A stretch of DNA of 64,000 nucleotides from Cyanidioschyzon merolae (Eukaryota), in the NCBI GenBank assembly GCA_000091205.1, contig AP006499.2; one strand, written 5' to 3'. Below the pieces are notes generated by a model that was given only the letters and a program-made list of their open reading frames with translations, was not told the origin of the DNA and did no database searches. This document shows, in pieces, positions 43,668-56,065 of this stretch; the first letter of the stretch is position 1, and every line of letters starts with the position of its first letter. The translations under genes were made by a program, and so were the position numbers.

Positions 43668-45701
43668 TTGCTGTTTTCTGTCGTTTGCCGCTGTCGTCAC
43701 AGGCTGCGTCGCTGCACTCGTACCGGTTTGCTGCACAGGATTTGACTCGTGCTTTGCACTTGATTTCTTGGGGTGCGTTCCCTCGTCCGTTGATTTAGAA
43801 GAGCTGTGAACACTGAATCCACAGAGGTTCCCTATTTTGACAGCGTCAGTCTCGATACAACACCGTTGAGAAATAATCAAAGAGCAAACAAACGTTCGTT
43901 GCCCGGTAGCTGAAAAGGTCCAGCGCCAGCGCACAATGTGTTTCTGGACGCATCGCGATGCTGCGTCGATGCGCAGCCGTCATTCCTGCGGTCCATCCGG
44001 TTGCGACATTTATGAATAAAAGGGACACACAGCGGTGGTGCTTGTTCCCTGGCATTTGTGCACAGTCACGCTGAGATACCGACGCGCTTTGCAGCAGCAT
44101 GACAAGGGAATGGAGATCGTGTGCATGACGCAAGCAAGCAGCCAAGCAAGCAGTTAGGTTCGTAGGCATCTGCAAGCATTTCATCATGAAATGGACCGAG
44201 TCTTCTAGCTAGGGTGACCATTCGAAACATTCGTTCTATTCCTAGTGTCACCAAGAGAAGCCACTGCGGGATTTTCAAGTGCCTGCTTCTTTCATTCCTC
44301 TCTCTCTCGTCTTCGGCTCTAAATACCGCGGTTTCTATTGCTGTTCCAGACCTGTAGTGAACTGCAGAATGAAGTTGATGGCAGCATGAACTTTTCGATG
44401 TTGCCGCGTCCGGCTGCTGTCGACGCATGCCATCCACAGGCAGTACGTGCAATCGAAGTATCTTCTTCGTATGGAGCCTGGGCGTACCCGTCGCAGCGGC
44501 GACCCGTGACTTTGAGTAGACGTTCTGATATGCCCACGATACCGCTTCCTCTGAACAGCGCCCTGTGGCGCGTCCACGCATGCTTTATTTCTCGGGACGA
44601 GCCCGTTCCGAGCTGAAAAGACACCCGTCGAGACTTGCCACCGTTTCCGCACCCGACTTGACGCTATATGATCCAGAGATTCTTTCGGAAGATCCACATG
44701 ACAAACGCGCTGTCCACTGCAAGCACAGGCGCACGATGTTCTATGCTGTACAGGATTTGCAGAACGCGATGTTGTCCATGGTGAAACGAGCACCGGACGG
44801 AATATCCTGCCTGCAGAGCCAATCGAGAAGTTTCGATCCGTCCACGCCTCGTTCGTGCGAACCGGAAGCGCACCCTGCACTTCAAAGGATCGCTGTGTTG
44901 ATTCACGTCCGAGTCCAAGAACCCATTTCCATGCAAACAGCAGAGACAGGAACCTCTGGAAAGCATATTCTATGAGAGGGATTACGCGGGAATCGAACGC
45001 TGTTTCCCTAATACCCACAAAGAGAGCGACTTGTGACCTTTACAATGGAATCGATTACTTCACGTTAGAAGGTTCAGTGGACTTTCGTTCTGAGCTTGTG
45101 ACCGAGTCCGCAAGGAACGACGTCGCCTATCTTACCTTGTGCATCGAGCAGTGTGCACTACTGGCCCAGCACGTTGCCTTGAGTGCGAAAGAAGGAAAAA
45201 TTCAAGCATGTGTGAACTGCGCGTGGTACACGTAGGCCAAGAAGCTTTGAGGCTTGAACGTATGCATTAGCTAAAGAAATTGGTCTTTTACGAACTCTTG
45301 TTAAGAGGCGTCGTGCGTCACCTCGTTACCGACGACGTCACGAATGCTGGCAGCTAGGTGTCAGAGGAGCTACCCAAAAACACAGCGGAGAAGCCTCAGA
45401 CCACGTGACAGATCCGTAAGCCCGCATTGCTACACGTCGAATATCGATGCTGTACATCTACAACCAGTTCGGAAAACTCCGTCATGCAATCAAAAGTCGA
45501 CTAGTTCCATGGTGCATTTTCATGTGACACGGGTATCCACTGGCGGGCACGCTCGTGCTCCCCGAGTTGCAACTAGTGCGGTGCGCTTTTCTGGTGCACG
45601 CCGGGGGCGTCGGTTCCCAGGAAACCGCACGCCCGAATCTCGCTCCTTCATACACGTCCGAGTTCTGACCTAAATCTAGTCTTCGCTTGGATGGCGAGTT
45701 T

Positions 45702-46469
45702 ATGGATGAAATTAGCTACCCGCCGTCAGAGGATACCTATCTTTTGATCGACGGCTGTCGGAGCTGGTTTCAGGAGCACGGAATCCGAGCAGCACACCCG
45801 AGAACGCGACCTGTGCTCGTCCTCGAAGTCGGGTGTGCGGCTGCTTTCGTCTTGGAAGCGCTAGCGACTGATGTTGCTTGGCTGGACGGTCCTCAGGCGT
45901 CTTCGCACGCTGAAAACTGCGGGCTCTTGCCACTGCTTCCGTTTTTCATCGGCAGCGACGTCAACCTGGCGGCACTGTACCAGGCCCAGCGGCGACTCGC
46001 TGCGACCCTTCCCATTGATCTCGTCTGCGGCAGCCTTATGACTGCATTGCGAGCAGATGTTTTCGATTTGGTGCTTTTTAATTCTCCATACGTGGAGACC
46101 AGCGCAGATGAGCTCGCAGAAGCCCAACGGTGTCGGGACCTGCGTGCAGCCTGGGCTGGTGGTTGGCTTGGTCTTCAAGTGGCTGCAGCGCTCATTCGTC
46201 AGTTTATGGTAACGCCAACAGCGGCACTGACATCCGAGCATCATGCGTCTGCATGGCTGCTTCTTGTGACGCAAGACCGTACCTGGTGGCATCGAGCGTT
46301 TAGCAATCAGTTTGCGTTTTTCGTAAAGCAACGACGTGCCGGGGACGAGCGCTTGCTCGTGCTGGCGTTATCGCGCTCGCAGGCGAGTCTCTGGTACAAG
46401 TGGATCTGGCAGGAGTTACGCGCTGTTGACGACAGCGATCGGATGAGTGCGCTAGTTGACATGGAGTAG
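45702..46469 (+). CDS. MTQ2: HemK-family protein methyltransferase, MTQ2/N6AMT1-type (eRF1 glutamine N5-methyltransferase catalytic subunit)
   Basis: YPPSEDTYLLIDG, LVLEVGCAAAFVLEAL, LVLFNSPYV (an NPPY-type substrate motif) and RAAWAGGWLGLQV match the conserved blocks of N6AMT1/Mtq2. The ORF-track start at 45687 is a TTG. The first in-frame ATG is at 45702. Confidence 0.8.
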   Translation: MDEISYPPSEDTYLLIDGCRSWFQEHGIRAAHPRTRPVLVLEVGCAAAFVLEALATDVAWLDGPQASSHAENCGLLPLLPFFIGSDVNLAALYQAQRRLAATLPIDLVCGSLMTALRADVFDLVLFNSPYVETSADELAEAQRCRDLRAAWAGGWLGLQVAAALIRQFMVTPTAALTSEHHASAWLLLVTQDRTWWHRAFSNQFAFFVKQRRAGDERLLVLALSRSQASLWYKWIWQELRAVDDSDRMSALVDME

Positions 46470-47742
46470 CGTGTGCATGCGAAGTGCGTCCTCGGGAGCG
46501 GCTCGGGCTGGCGGCGCTCCGAGCACGGTGTCGTTTACGTGGTGGAGGATTCGCGAATCACGGACGCGGCCAAGGAAGAGCGTGAAACCTGGGCATGTTG
46601 ATTGCTGAGGCGTGAAAGCGCTGAGCCCGTGGCGCTTGTCTCGCGCAACACTGCGGGTTTATGGATGCACCGGACGACGCCGGCGACTGGATGACAGCGA
46701 CGTGTCCGGACCGTGGCGGAACGCGCGCTTACTGCAACGTGCAGACCCTGAGCATTGCATGTGAGGAGACGACCCGCACAGGTCATCGATACCGAGGTGC
46801 TGTCTACAATCGCGTTTGAATGGTGGTGTTAGTGCTAGCAGTAGCAGTAGCGGTGGTGGTGATGGTGGTGGTTAAACTCTCGGTGATGACGTGGCGAACG
46901 GACATACCGCTTGACAGTTCCTGTGAAGATGCTTGTGAGGCGCGCGGATGCCGCGCATGCCTATACACGCGTTGTATCCAGTTTCCAAAGCGCTATCCAC
47001 GCTCTCGGATTGAACAATCGAACCAGGGATGTCCTGGATGCGCGCGAGCACCACCAGTGATACTTGAACAGTCCCCGACTCGTCAAGAGATGCTATCACG
47101 TTCAGCCTGGATCGATCGATCGATCGCTACTGTCACCTACTGAATGCCGAGCATGCCGCAAGCGCTTGCTCTTGTGCTGGAGATGCTGCCGCTGCTGACC
47201 TTCAAATGCAGAATGGCTCTGCCACACCGTTTCGGACGTTCGTTCCGGGATTTTCAGGGCACGCACGAACAACGACCTAGTGCGGCGGGAGCACGGACAC
47301 GCCACCAGGCACTCCGGTGCCCGCGCTTGCACTGCGTCTAACGTTCGAATGACACGTAGCTGCGCAGCCAGCATACCCTAGACGTGGTGCAGGATCGGCA
47401 GCTGCGACTCGCCTCGCACTCTCGTGATGCTTCGTCATGCTGCATGGGGAGGCGGTGCAGGCCTTTCGCGCCAGCGGCGATGCTTTGCTGGTCGGTGCCG
47501 GCTACGGGTACCGCTTCGTCGTGCACATGCTTGCACCTGGTGCACCTGGTGCCTCGTTCGACCTGGAGCCAGCGCGTTCTTGCGATGGTGCGCGACCGAC
47601 AGCAGGTGTACTGTCACACGTGCGCCAGGCCGAGGATCGTGTGCGCTGCTGATCGTGTTGATGGTATCCACGGTGTGCATACATGCATACGTACGTATGT
47701 ACCTACGTACGTACACTCATGCGTACATGGATGTACGCACAG

Positions 47743-50700
47743 CTACGGGGCGAGTGCAACAGCTGAACGCAGCGGCGAATCACCAGATCGCTGCCTCGTC
47801 TCAGCGAATGGCACATCTCTTTTGGTCGTGAAAAACGGTCCAGGTAAGCGGATCGGGCCGGGGAACTCAGCGAGATCCCATCGCTTGTGGGCTTGCTTCT
47901 GCTTCAGAATGTCGGTACATAGCAGCGCTAGCTCGTGCACGCGCTCAGTCATGATCTGGGTTGCGAGGTTCAGATCCTGAGCGATCGGTTCGCCGACAAT
48001 CATACTAGAACGTCGATGACGGCCATGGGTTTCTCCGTTTCCGCCACCGATCAGCGGCGGCACAGGGGGTGGAATCTCACTCGCCGACACCAAACGAAGA
48101 AGCTGCATCAGGATACCAACGTGTTGTTCATGTTCTAGGAGTGTGTCCAGGATAAAACTGAGATACTTGCGATTGTCTGCGAATGCGTTCTGTGCATCAA
48201 TAAGATAATCAGGATGATGGGCGAGCAGGTGCAGCACATAGGGCAACACACACTCTGGCATCAGGGCGAGATAGGAAACGGCCGCCTCGGTGGCAGTCGC
48301 GAGTGCCTGTTGCTCGAGGCTTCGGACTAGCTGGCGTCGTTGGCGAATCAGCGCCGTCAAGTACCAGCGCGCATTGGTGACATTCTCTCGCTCCGGATCG
48401 ATGGCTGCAAGTACCAGGCCCGCCATCCAGTGCCACGGCAGGAGCCCGCACGCCAGTCCGCGGAAGAGCTTGAGCGCAAAATCGTGACGGATCTCGAAAA
48501 TCGGATCCTGCATGAGTAGGCAGACCATGTGCCGCTCCGCTGGCAGCAATGCCTGGTCGATGGTGCGTATTCGGGCGAGCTTCAGGATGGACTTGGCCGC
48601 GTAGTAGCGCAAACGCGCACACGGTTCGCTATCCAAGACAGCGTCCGATACGGGCACGGGCGCGCTCACGAGTTCATCTGCGGACTTCGAGTGCCTGGTC
48701 AGGGCTTTCCAGTCGCCCTGCTGCAGGACCAGCAACAGGACTGCGTGAAGGAAACGATCCACGCGTTCTGGGCTCGCGAGCTGCTGTCCTTGAGCGGTGC
48801 TCCATCCTGCGCGCACCTGGAGCGACGAAGCCGCTGGGTCGTGTGCGTCCGCTTCCAGCGAATGCCCGTGCGCATTCGACCGCTGCGCAGACGCGTTTCC
48901 AGGCAGTGCGGTAAATCCGCTCATCAGGATGCTGCATGCGGCAATAATACTAGCTACGGTGAGAGGCTCGCCCACATCGGGTGGTCTCTCGGTCAGCAGC
49001 TGAAGACAAACGTCAAGAATCTGGATTTGCGTTGGAACTGGTACCGTGTTCGGTGCACAGCGGACGATCTTTGCCATGGTTGTCAGAGCGCAAGCACACT
49101 CGTCATAGTTCCCGCTTTTCAGCGCCTCGAAAGAACGAGATTCCAGCTGAGGAACGATTCGCTCCCAGGACGGCGTCAATGCGTCTGATGCCCAGAGTGT
49201 TGCAAGAACGCTGGCTGCTAATTTGATGCAGCGTAGACTGCGGAAGCTGCGCTCTTCCGCGACCTGTCCGAGCAGATACGTCTCCAGGCACCGTGCTAGA
49301 CTGTGCCTGCACTCGATTCCCATGTTCATCAAGCACGGACCAAGTGTGGATAGGACGCGCAGCGCAGCCTGATGCGGCACTGCCGCGACGAGCCTCGTTA
49401 GCGTAGCCTCATGGAACGCGCCACCATAACACGATGCCGCCTCGAGTAGCAGCGCACACTCCACGGAAGCGGCGTTAGCGCCCTCGGGCTGGCCCAAAAC
49501 GATATCCACCAGCATATGAACGTCCGATGGGCGCCCCAAACAAGGCACCATCCGAAGCAAGACGAGCGCCTGGAACCACTCAGCTGCCGCTTTGCTTCGG
49601 CGGGTCAAGCGTTCTACGGTATCACGAATCAAGGGCAGCGAATTTGTCGAGTACTCGCTGCCAGGATCGTGGAGCAAAAGACGCAGATTTTGGAATACAC
49701 GTTCATCCCGCCCTAACATGACATCGAGAAGCAAACGAACGCCGCACACTTGGTCCTCAACATTGCAAACAGTGGCCGGCTTGCCCAGACTACGAGCTAG
49801 TCGATCCAATAGACTGGCAGCAGTGTCTGAGAAGCTTCTCTCCGAGAGGCGGCAACGCTGCCGCGCCTCATCACGCATATCCAAGAGTGCACGCATGTCC
49901 CGCTGAAACTGCGCGCGTGCACGCATCATGAGGCGCAGTGCATCATTCGCGGGAAACGCAGTCCATCCGTGCACCCCAAAGGAGCGATTGATCCGCTGTG
50001 CGTGCGGATCCTGCAGGGCCTCACGCCAGCACGACAGCGCATCAGCGATGCTCATTCGCGGGTCGTAGAACAGGGCTTCGATTTGAACGATCGAGCCTAT
50101 CATTTCATCCGTGGGCACGTTGCCTGCGCACCCGACCTGCGTTAATTGAATATACGAGGCGAGCAACTCTCGCACAAGCTGTGATATCCACTCGTGTACC
50201 TTCGGCGGTATCGAGTCCCGTTCATCGATTGTTTCAGAGGCAGTGTTCTGGACCTGCTCGTGGTGCCATCGTAGAAACGCGCGATAGAGGCGGGAAAGTC
50301 CTTGAATCGCAGTATGCCGCACAGCAGCGCGCTTGTCACGAGCTCGGCTGAGACAAGTCGTACTCGCCAGTGGCAGGTGCGCGACAATGCGCAGCGCCAA
50401 GCGAGCAGCACGATGCTCGCTGGAGAGTACCGTTCGCACAGCTGCGAGGCGCACCTGCTCGTCTTGGTCAAGCATGCGATCCTGCAGGCCGCGATCCAGT
50501 TCGTTGAGCATCTGCTCAACGAGCGGATTCGCCGTTCCGGTGACAACTTTCGATTCTGCGGGGCCGTCCTTCACCGAGAGCGCTCCTTGATCCACATGGC
50601 GATGCAGCTGAATGAGGAGATCATGGACTGCGCACACTGTACCAGCCCGCACCCCTGCTTCGACGTCCTGGAACCGTTCCAGCAAGTCAAGGAACAAGGA

Positions 50701-51849
50701 TCTGCTGACTGTATTGGAATCGTTGAAGAGGGTACCGCTTCCGCTGATATTGGAAAAGTGCCGAGCGAAAAGCTTTGCGATGAGCTGCACACAGCGCAAT
50801 CTGGTCTGGGTGTCGCGCGCCCGTGACTCGGCGGATAGGTCCGGCAGGACACCTTGGAGAACACCCGGTGCGGTGAAGTAGAGCGATTCGATCAGACTGT
50901 ATCTCTTCTCAGCAGGTAGTTCTCTCAGATACCTCACCAGCGGATCCTTAAGTACCTCTGACGCGCGTTGGACGATCTGCTCGGCAATGTTGCGCGCACT
51001 GAACCGCCAGGTATGCACGGATGATGGCTTTTCAGACAGCATCTGGGACTCTGTTGCAGCGAGGAAGACAGACGGCAGCTGAACGTTCAGGGCTGTGAGA
51101 ACCGGATCGAGTACGCGAGTGATCGTATCGAGCGATCCTGTCCATGGATCCGTCTCTTGCGCTTGTTCAACTAAAGTGGAACTAATAATTTCCGCAATTT
51201 GCATTTTGCACCGATAACTTAGCGTAATGTTGCTTGCAGCGCTCATAAGCAGCTCCACGAGAGAGCCCACTTGACATGCATGCGCGAGCACAAAAACCTT
51301 AGTTTTCGCAGCGAGCTCGAGAACTCGGAGACTCCAGCGATGCCCCTCTGCAACTTCACCTGTTTGGGACGTAGGCACCGAGCCACTGCTCGCTGAGCAG
51401 GGTTCGGGGCCGTCAGCGCCTTCCGTCACCGGTCGGCCGCTTTGGTGAGTGACAGGGATACGCAAGTCCTCGAGTGTTTGGATACAGACTTGAAGCACGT
51501 CCTGAAATGTCTCGTCGTCGAACGGGATTTTCGGTGCCGAGATACGCAGGCACTCGAGAAGCACGCACGCAAGGACGCCACGCATAGGTGGTTGAGCACG
51601 CTTCAAAGGGTTCAGTGACGCCAGCCGAGCTACTGCCTGGCACCACTGTTGCCAAACTGACCGTTTGAGTAAAGGCTCCCCAACAGGCGTGTGCAGCTGA
51701 GGCACTTTACAAAGTACCGTTTCCCAAATATGAGAAAGGCGTGTGCACACTGTGTCTCCATGTTTGACGCGTCCACGATCGCAGTCGCAAGACTTCAGTG
51801 CTTCTATAGCTGCGTGTACGATTCCCTCTGTATCTTCTTCGGTGCCCAT
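47743..51849 (-). CDS. PDS5: Sister-chromatid cohesion protein PDS5 homolog (HEAT-repeat cohesin regulator)
   Basis: A ~1368-aa ORF. The block LMPECVLPYVLHLLAHHPDYLIDAQ...YLSFILDTLLEH matches the conserved PDS5 block [20 protein letters not shown]...CLWFVLEILM as I recall it. RDKRAAVRHTAIQGLSRLY matches [20 protein letters not shown]. Size and all-helical character fit. The ORF-track start at 51861 is a GTG. The first ATG is the reverse complement of 51847-51849. Confidence 0.7.
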   Translation of the reverse strand: MGTEEDTEGIVHAAIEALKSCDCDRGRVKHGDTVCTRLSHIWETVLCKVPQLHTPVGEPLLKRSVWQQWCQAVARLASLNPLKRAQPPMRGVLACVLLECLRISAPKIPFDDETFQDVLQVCIQTLEDLRIPVTHQSGRPVTEGADGPEPCSASSGSVPTSQTGEVAEGHRWSLRVLELAAKTKVFVLAHACQVGSLVELLMSAASNITLSYRCKMQIAEIISSTLVEQAQETDPWTGSLDTITRVLDPVLTALNVQLPSVFLAATESQMLSEKPSSVHTWRFSARNIAEQIVQRASEVLKDPLVRYLRELPAEKRYSLIESLYFTAPGVLQGVLPDLSAESRARDTQTRLRCVQLIAKLFARHFSNISGSGTLFNDSNTVSRSLFLDLLERFQDVEAGVRAGTVCAVHDLLIQLHRHVDQGALSVKDGPAESKVVTGTANPLVEQMLNELDRGLQDRMLDQDEQVRLAAVRTVLSSEHRAARLALRIVAHLPLASTTCLSRARDKRAAVRHTAIQGLSRLYRAFLRWHHEQVQNTASETIDERDSIPPKVHEWISQLVRELLASYIQLTQVGCAGNVPTDEMIGSIVQIEALFYDPRMSIADALSCWREALQDPHAQRINRSFGVHGWTAFPANDALRLMMRARAQFQRDMRALLDMRDEARQRCRLSERSFSDTAASLLDRLARSLGKPATVCNVEDQVCGVRLLLDVMLGRDERVFQNLRLLLHDPGSEYSTNSLPLIRDTVERLTRRSKAAAEWFQALVLLRMVPCLGRPSDVHMLVDIVLGQPEGANAASVECALLLEAASCYGGAFHEATLTRLVAAVPHQAALRVLSTLGPCLMNMGIECRHSLARCLETYLLGQVAEERSFRSLRCIKLAASVLATLWASDALTPSWERIVPQLESRSFEALKSGNYDECACALTTMAKIVRCAPNTVPVPTQIQILDVCLQLLTERPPDVGEPLTVASIIAACSILMSGFTALPGNASAQRSNAHGHSLEADAHDPAASSLQVRAGWSTAQGQQLASPERVDRFLHAVLLLVLQQGDWKALTRHSKSADELVSAPVPVSDAVLDSEPCARLRYYAAKSILKLARIRTIDQALLPAERHMVCLLMQDPIFEIRHDFALKLFRGLACGLLPWHWMAGLVLAAIDPERENVTNARWYLTALIRQRRQLVRSLEQQALATATEAAVSYLALMPECVLPYVLHLLAHHPDYLIDAQNAFADNRKYLSFILDTLLEHEQHVGILMQLLRLVSASEIPPPVPPLIGGGNGETHGRHRRSSMIVGEPIAQDLNLATQIMTERVHELALLCTDILKQKQAHKRWDLAEFPGPIRLPGPFFTTKRDVPFAETRQRSGDSPLRSAVALAP

Positions 51850-54800
51850 GCTTATGAGCACGAGACGGCAGTTCGTTTCTCAGCGAAGCGCGCTACTCGA
51901 CAGTGGGCAGCGACCGCGTCGCGCAAACAACACGCGCGATCCGCCAGGAACTTTCGCGCCAAAATTCTCGGGCGCTTCCCAGACGATCGGGTTCAGTGTT
52001 GCCTCGGGCCAGCGATGTTCCTCTATGGGTCGACGCGCGATTTCCTTGGATCGATAACCCCGCAAAATCTCCACCATGCATTAGGCGTCAGAATCGAAGT
52101 CCACATCACCGTCGCCTGTAGGATTGCTGCTTTATATTTCAGGAAGGGCGTAGTGCTTTTCATCAGAGCACGATGCTCGTCATCTGAAGCATCATGCGTC
52201 GTATCCGCCGCGTATGCAACTCTCTGTGATCGGTGCGCTTGAATCAGACTGTATTTGTATGGGGAAAATATGCCGCCTACAAGCAGCAGTGGAACTGCGT
52301 CTCCGGAACGGTCCTATCTAGCTGCATTTGGATTGGGGGAATCACTCACCAGCGAACGACTGCAGATTTCTGCGAAAAGAGCGCTTGCCGATTGCTTCGG
52401 GGTGCATACGCTGGGACGCTACCTCAGCGCTGTTGCTAAGAGCAGCTTCCCCGCCGCCTGACCTGACGGAGTGCACGCCCGGCTCCGACTCGAATGCGAC
52501 AAAAGCGAGCGCGACACCGTGCTTCGAACGCTGATTCGATATGGCGGGGCTCGAGCGTCATTGCGTTCCTCGAGCGTGGACGTATGTACGACTAGGTGCA
52601 TCTTTTGGATGCAACCGAGCGGCTCTTGAGTCTTCATTTGGGATCAATTGTCATTTCTTGGATGATAAAGGGTTTCGACATGCCAGATTGCATAAGGATT
52701 TTCCATCGAGACTCCGTGTGCTCCATGCAATATTCAATACCTGGATCCCATGAGGTGCTTCGACCCGAGCGATCTCGTTTGAGTGCATATGCTCGGTGAT
52801 AGTGTATATTTAGTTATAAAAAATAATGGAATACCGTTCTCGTTCATGAATGTTCCATGAAAAGCGTGTTCGGTATACATTTATGCGGCGCTCCAGTATC
52901 GCTCGATCACTGATTGCACCACCTGACTGCCGTGGTACATGCGGGAATCCAGTGCCCCATTTCCTGTCCCCTAGTTTTTTCATAGAACTTTTTCAACATT
53001 TCATCCGAATTTCTACACGGGGAACTAGATGATTCCGTCGAAATTTCGCTCGACACAAACGCTCTGAAAGCTCCTGAGGCACGTGCCATCCATTCATGTT
53101 GACGATTGAGAATCCAGTCCCGCTGCAGGAACTGCTTTCGCGCATGGCTGCTGATAGCGTCACACCATAACATGCCACTTGCCCTGGTCTCCATCACCAC
53201 CTGACGTTCAGTCAGCTTACCCTACACCATCTCGTGCTTCCATCTCCGTTTCACGCTCTTCTTATCTACCGTTTTCAGTGTCCACTCGCGCTCGTGATGC
53301 GTTGACATGGTCCTCAGTTCATCAACGAGAACCGATCAGCATCGTTTCCTGCACTCGGTGTTCGCTCTCGTCGACGGAGCAGGAGCGAGTCCCTTGCGTG
53401 CTGCACCAGGTCCAGCGCCATAGGCCACGAGCGATCGACGGTGCTTAACGGTCATTTCCTTTTCCAATTCATGGAAGAACGCGGCAAGTGCTCGATTCTT
53501 GACTCCGCGCAACCGAAACCGTTAACGACTCCAGCATGGACTCATGCACTCCAACCAAGGATCGTCCAGATGATCCATTTGGACGATGATTGGCTCTCGG
53601 AGATGGGCGTACGAGGCTTCTCCGTCTGCTCAGTAGGGCGCTCAGAGCATCGAGTTGTGTTTTGACGCAGCCATTCCGTCGGCTGGTTTGCCTCCTGACC
53701 CCCATAATGCCAGACTCCCGGTCCCGCCGAGCCCTGAAACTTTGAGCGGCTTCATCTGGTTTCTGTTCAGGCATTTGTGCTCTCGTTCTAGAGTTGCAGC
53801 GACGTCCACGACGCTCTTCAACAGGGGATCCGCATTCGCCATGCAGCCTTTATCTTCATCTACTTTGAACGCTCCGAATTGAGCCTCTTCGCTCGACCCA
53901 GGTCTATGTTTCGTACTCTTCATCCAGATTGTTATTCTTGGGGTCTCTATCACCCCTGTAAACTTCTTTCCATTTCCTCGCAGTCAACGGAAGATCTTGA
54001 ACGACCTTCGCAGACGCTCGTCCCGATGCATTTTGCACGCTTTCTGGTTTTTCGCAGAGGCCAGCCTCGTTTTTAACTTGTCGTTCACCCAGCGGATGAC
54101 ATAGTTTGAGACGCGATTCTCCAATTTTTTTTCAATCCTCGGGGTTCGTACGCACTGGGACGACGCTCGGAGAGAAACTCGCCTCGGCAATGCACGTATC
54201 CATTACTCGTCCATTACCTTTTTGTCGCCTTCTCAGGCGCGGGCACGCCAGCTGAACGGAGCGCGCTTTCGACGTCCTCACGGGCACGAGTAGAGAAGCA
54301 ATACAGCATTTCAGGATTGGCGAAGGTAGAGAACTGTGCGTAGAAGAAGGGCACGGCGGATGCGAACGACTCCTTTATGAAGCCGGTAATGCGAAGACAA
54401 CCTTTGGCAACTGTCGAGACGCTTTCGACGCACTTGATCGGTGGAAACTAAGCTCGTACGAAATGCAGCGCAACACGATTCTCATGCGCGAGTTGCCCCA
54501 CGGAGTTTGAACGATAGAAAGCCAAGTTGTTTGCAAGCAGGACAGAGGAACCTGGAAAAGGGTATACAGGAAGAGGGCTGCGACGAAGTACGGGGTGATG
54601 AACGATGTTCTCCATTTGGCGGTGTATGGGCGACCAAACTTGTGAATCATCAACGAGGCTGTTGTTTTAGGAAAGCTCGGTTGCTCTTTCTATACCTATC
54701 AGGCTTCTATGCATAGCATGCAGGTCTTCAACTCGTGGTTTCTAGCCAATCTGCGCCTCTGGACAAGCGCAAAACGTCGTCGATCCCCAGGCCCCGGACT

Positions 54801-54919
54801 GGAGCACGCGCGAACAAAGGCGCGCGTCGCTCCGCGGAACGCTCGTGAACGATGCGCGCTGGCTCGAAGGCACCAGAACAGTGCTCCCGTGGACGTTTTG
54901 ACTGTGCAGTGGTCCTAGC

Positions 54920-55273
54920 ATGAGTGCCATCGAAGGTGCTTCCAAGGGCGCTATCCCCGTCGAGGGAGAGCGTGCTGTAGAGTCGGGGTCTCAGTATCCG
55001 AAGAAGCGATTCGAAGTGAAACAGTGGAACGCTGTGGCGGCGTGGAGTTGGGACCTACGCGTGGATAACTGCGCCATCTGTCGCAATCATATCATGGACC
55101 TTTGTTTGGAGTGCCAGGCTGATCCCCAGAACGCACGCGCGAGTGAATGTGTTGTGACCTGGGGTATCTGTAACCACGCTTTCCACAGTCATTGTATCAA
55201 CAAGTGGCTAGAGACGCGGAACGTGTGCCCGCTGGACAACCGACCTTGGCATAAACTGAAAGAAGGTCGGTAG
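54920..55273 (+). CDS. RBX1: RING-box protein RBX1/ROC1 (cullin-RING E3 ligase catalytic subunit)
   Basis: [83 protein letters not shown] is collinear with human RBX1 ([39 protein letters not shown]...[27 protein letters not shown]). It is 117 aa. Confidence 0.9.
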   Translation: MSAIEGASKGAIPVEGERAVESGSQYPKKRFEVKQWNAVAAWSWDLRVDNCAICRNHIMDLCLECQADPQNARASECVVTWGICNHAFHSHCINKWLETRNVCPLDNRPWHKLKEGR

Positions 55274-56065
55274 TTGGCGCTGGTTCTGGGCTTTTCTTCC
55301 TCCTCGGAGGTTCCAGAGCGGCAGACGAGCTGTATGGCAGCTAACTCGGTTCAGGTTCAGGGGCGGCGCGCGCCCTTGAACCGCTGACTAGCAACAAACG
55401 GACAAGGCAGCCGAGGCTGTTTCTTTGACTGGCTGCTGGAAAAGCAGCAAACATGCCAACTAAAGTGCGAAGCGTTTGTTATGAAAGCGTCTTATCATCA
55501 CAGTCTGTTATCTCTTGGCGTACATGGTACCCACCGGGGAGCGAGGCGCATGCAGCGAGCATCGCATGCGCCTGACCGCTTTTCGACAGCAATGTTTTCC
55601 GCGTCCATAGAAGCATTGCTCGGGGTTGTGCATGTTATGTTGCAGTACTGCGGCCGAGTACCCGCCAGCACACCATATTTGCGTCTTGGTCACGTTCAAG
55701 ACCTGCAGGTATTCGGCTTAGATGAGAATGGCAGCCGTTCCGGTACCATCGGAACGAACGCAGGCATCGCATCGAGGAACACCGCGAAACGACCTTTTCT
55801 GATGCAGTCAGCTGCGCTCATCTATCAGACCAGGGTGGGGTGACTCTCAAGGCGTCCAGGCTCTTGCATTTGGAACATAGACCTTTTTCCTGATTGCACG
55901 GGATCAAGCGGTTTGGTCATCCCCGAATCAGTAAAAATCGTTTACATGCACGCTTTTTCAAGTCCGGTGGTACCCTGTTTCCGAAGCCGAGAAGTTCAAG
56001 CCTCCGATCAGGTGACCTCTGATTTTTGCTGGAGTACGCACCAAACATCGGTCAGCTCAAATTCT

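Noticed and set aside
43668-43934. N-terminal 89-aa extension of the WrbA-like ORF in the ORF track
   Set aside because: The extension begins with a GTG and has no internal Met. The conserved flavodoxin fold begins at the first ATG (MAPKVLVLIYS), as in yeast Pst2. I shortened the gene accordingly.
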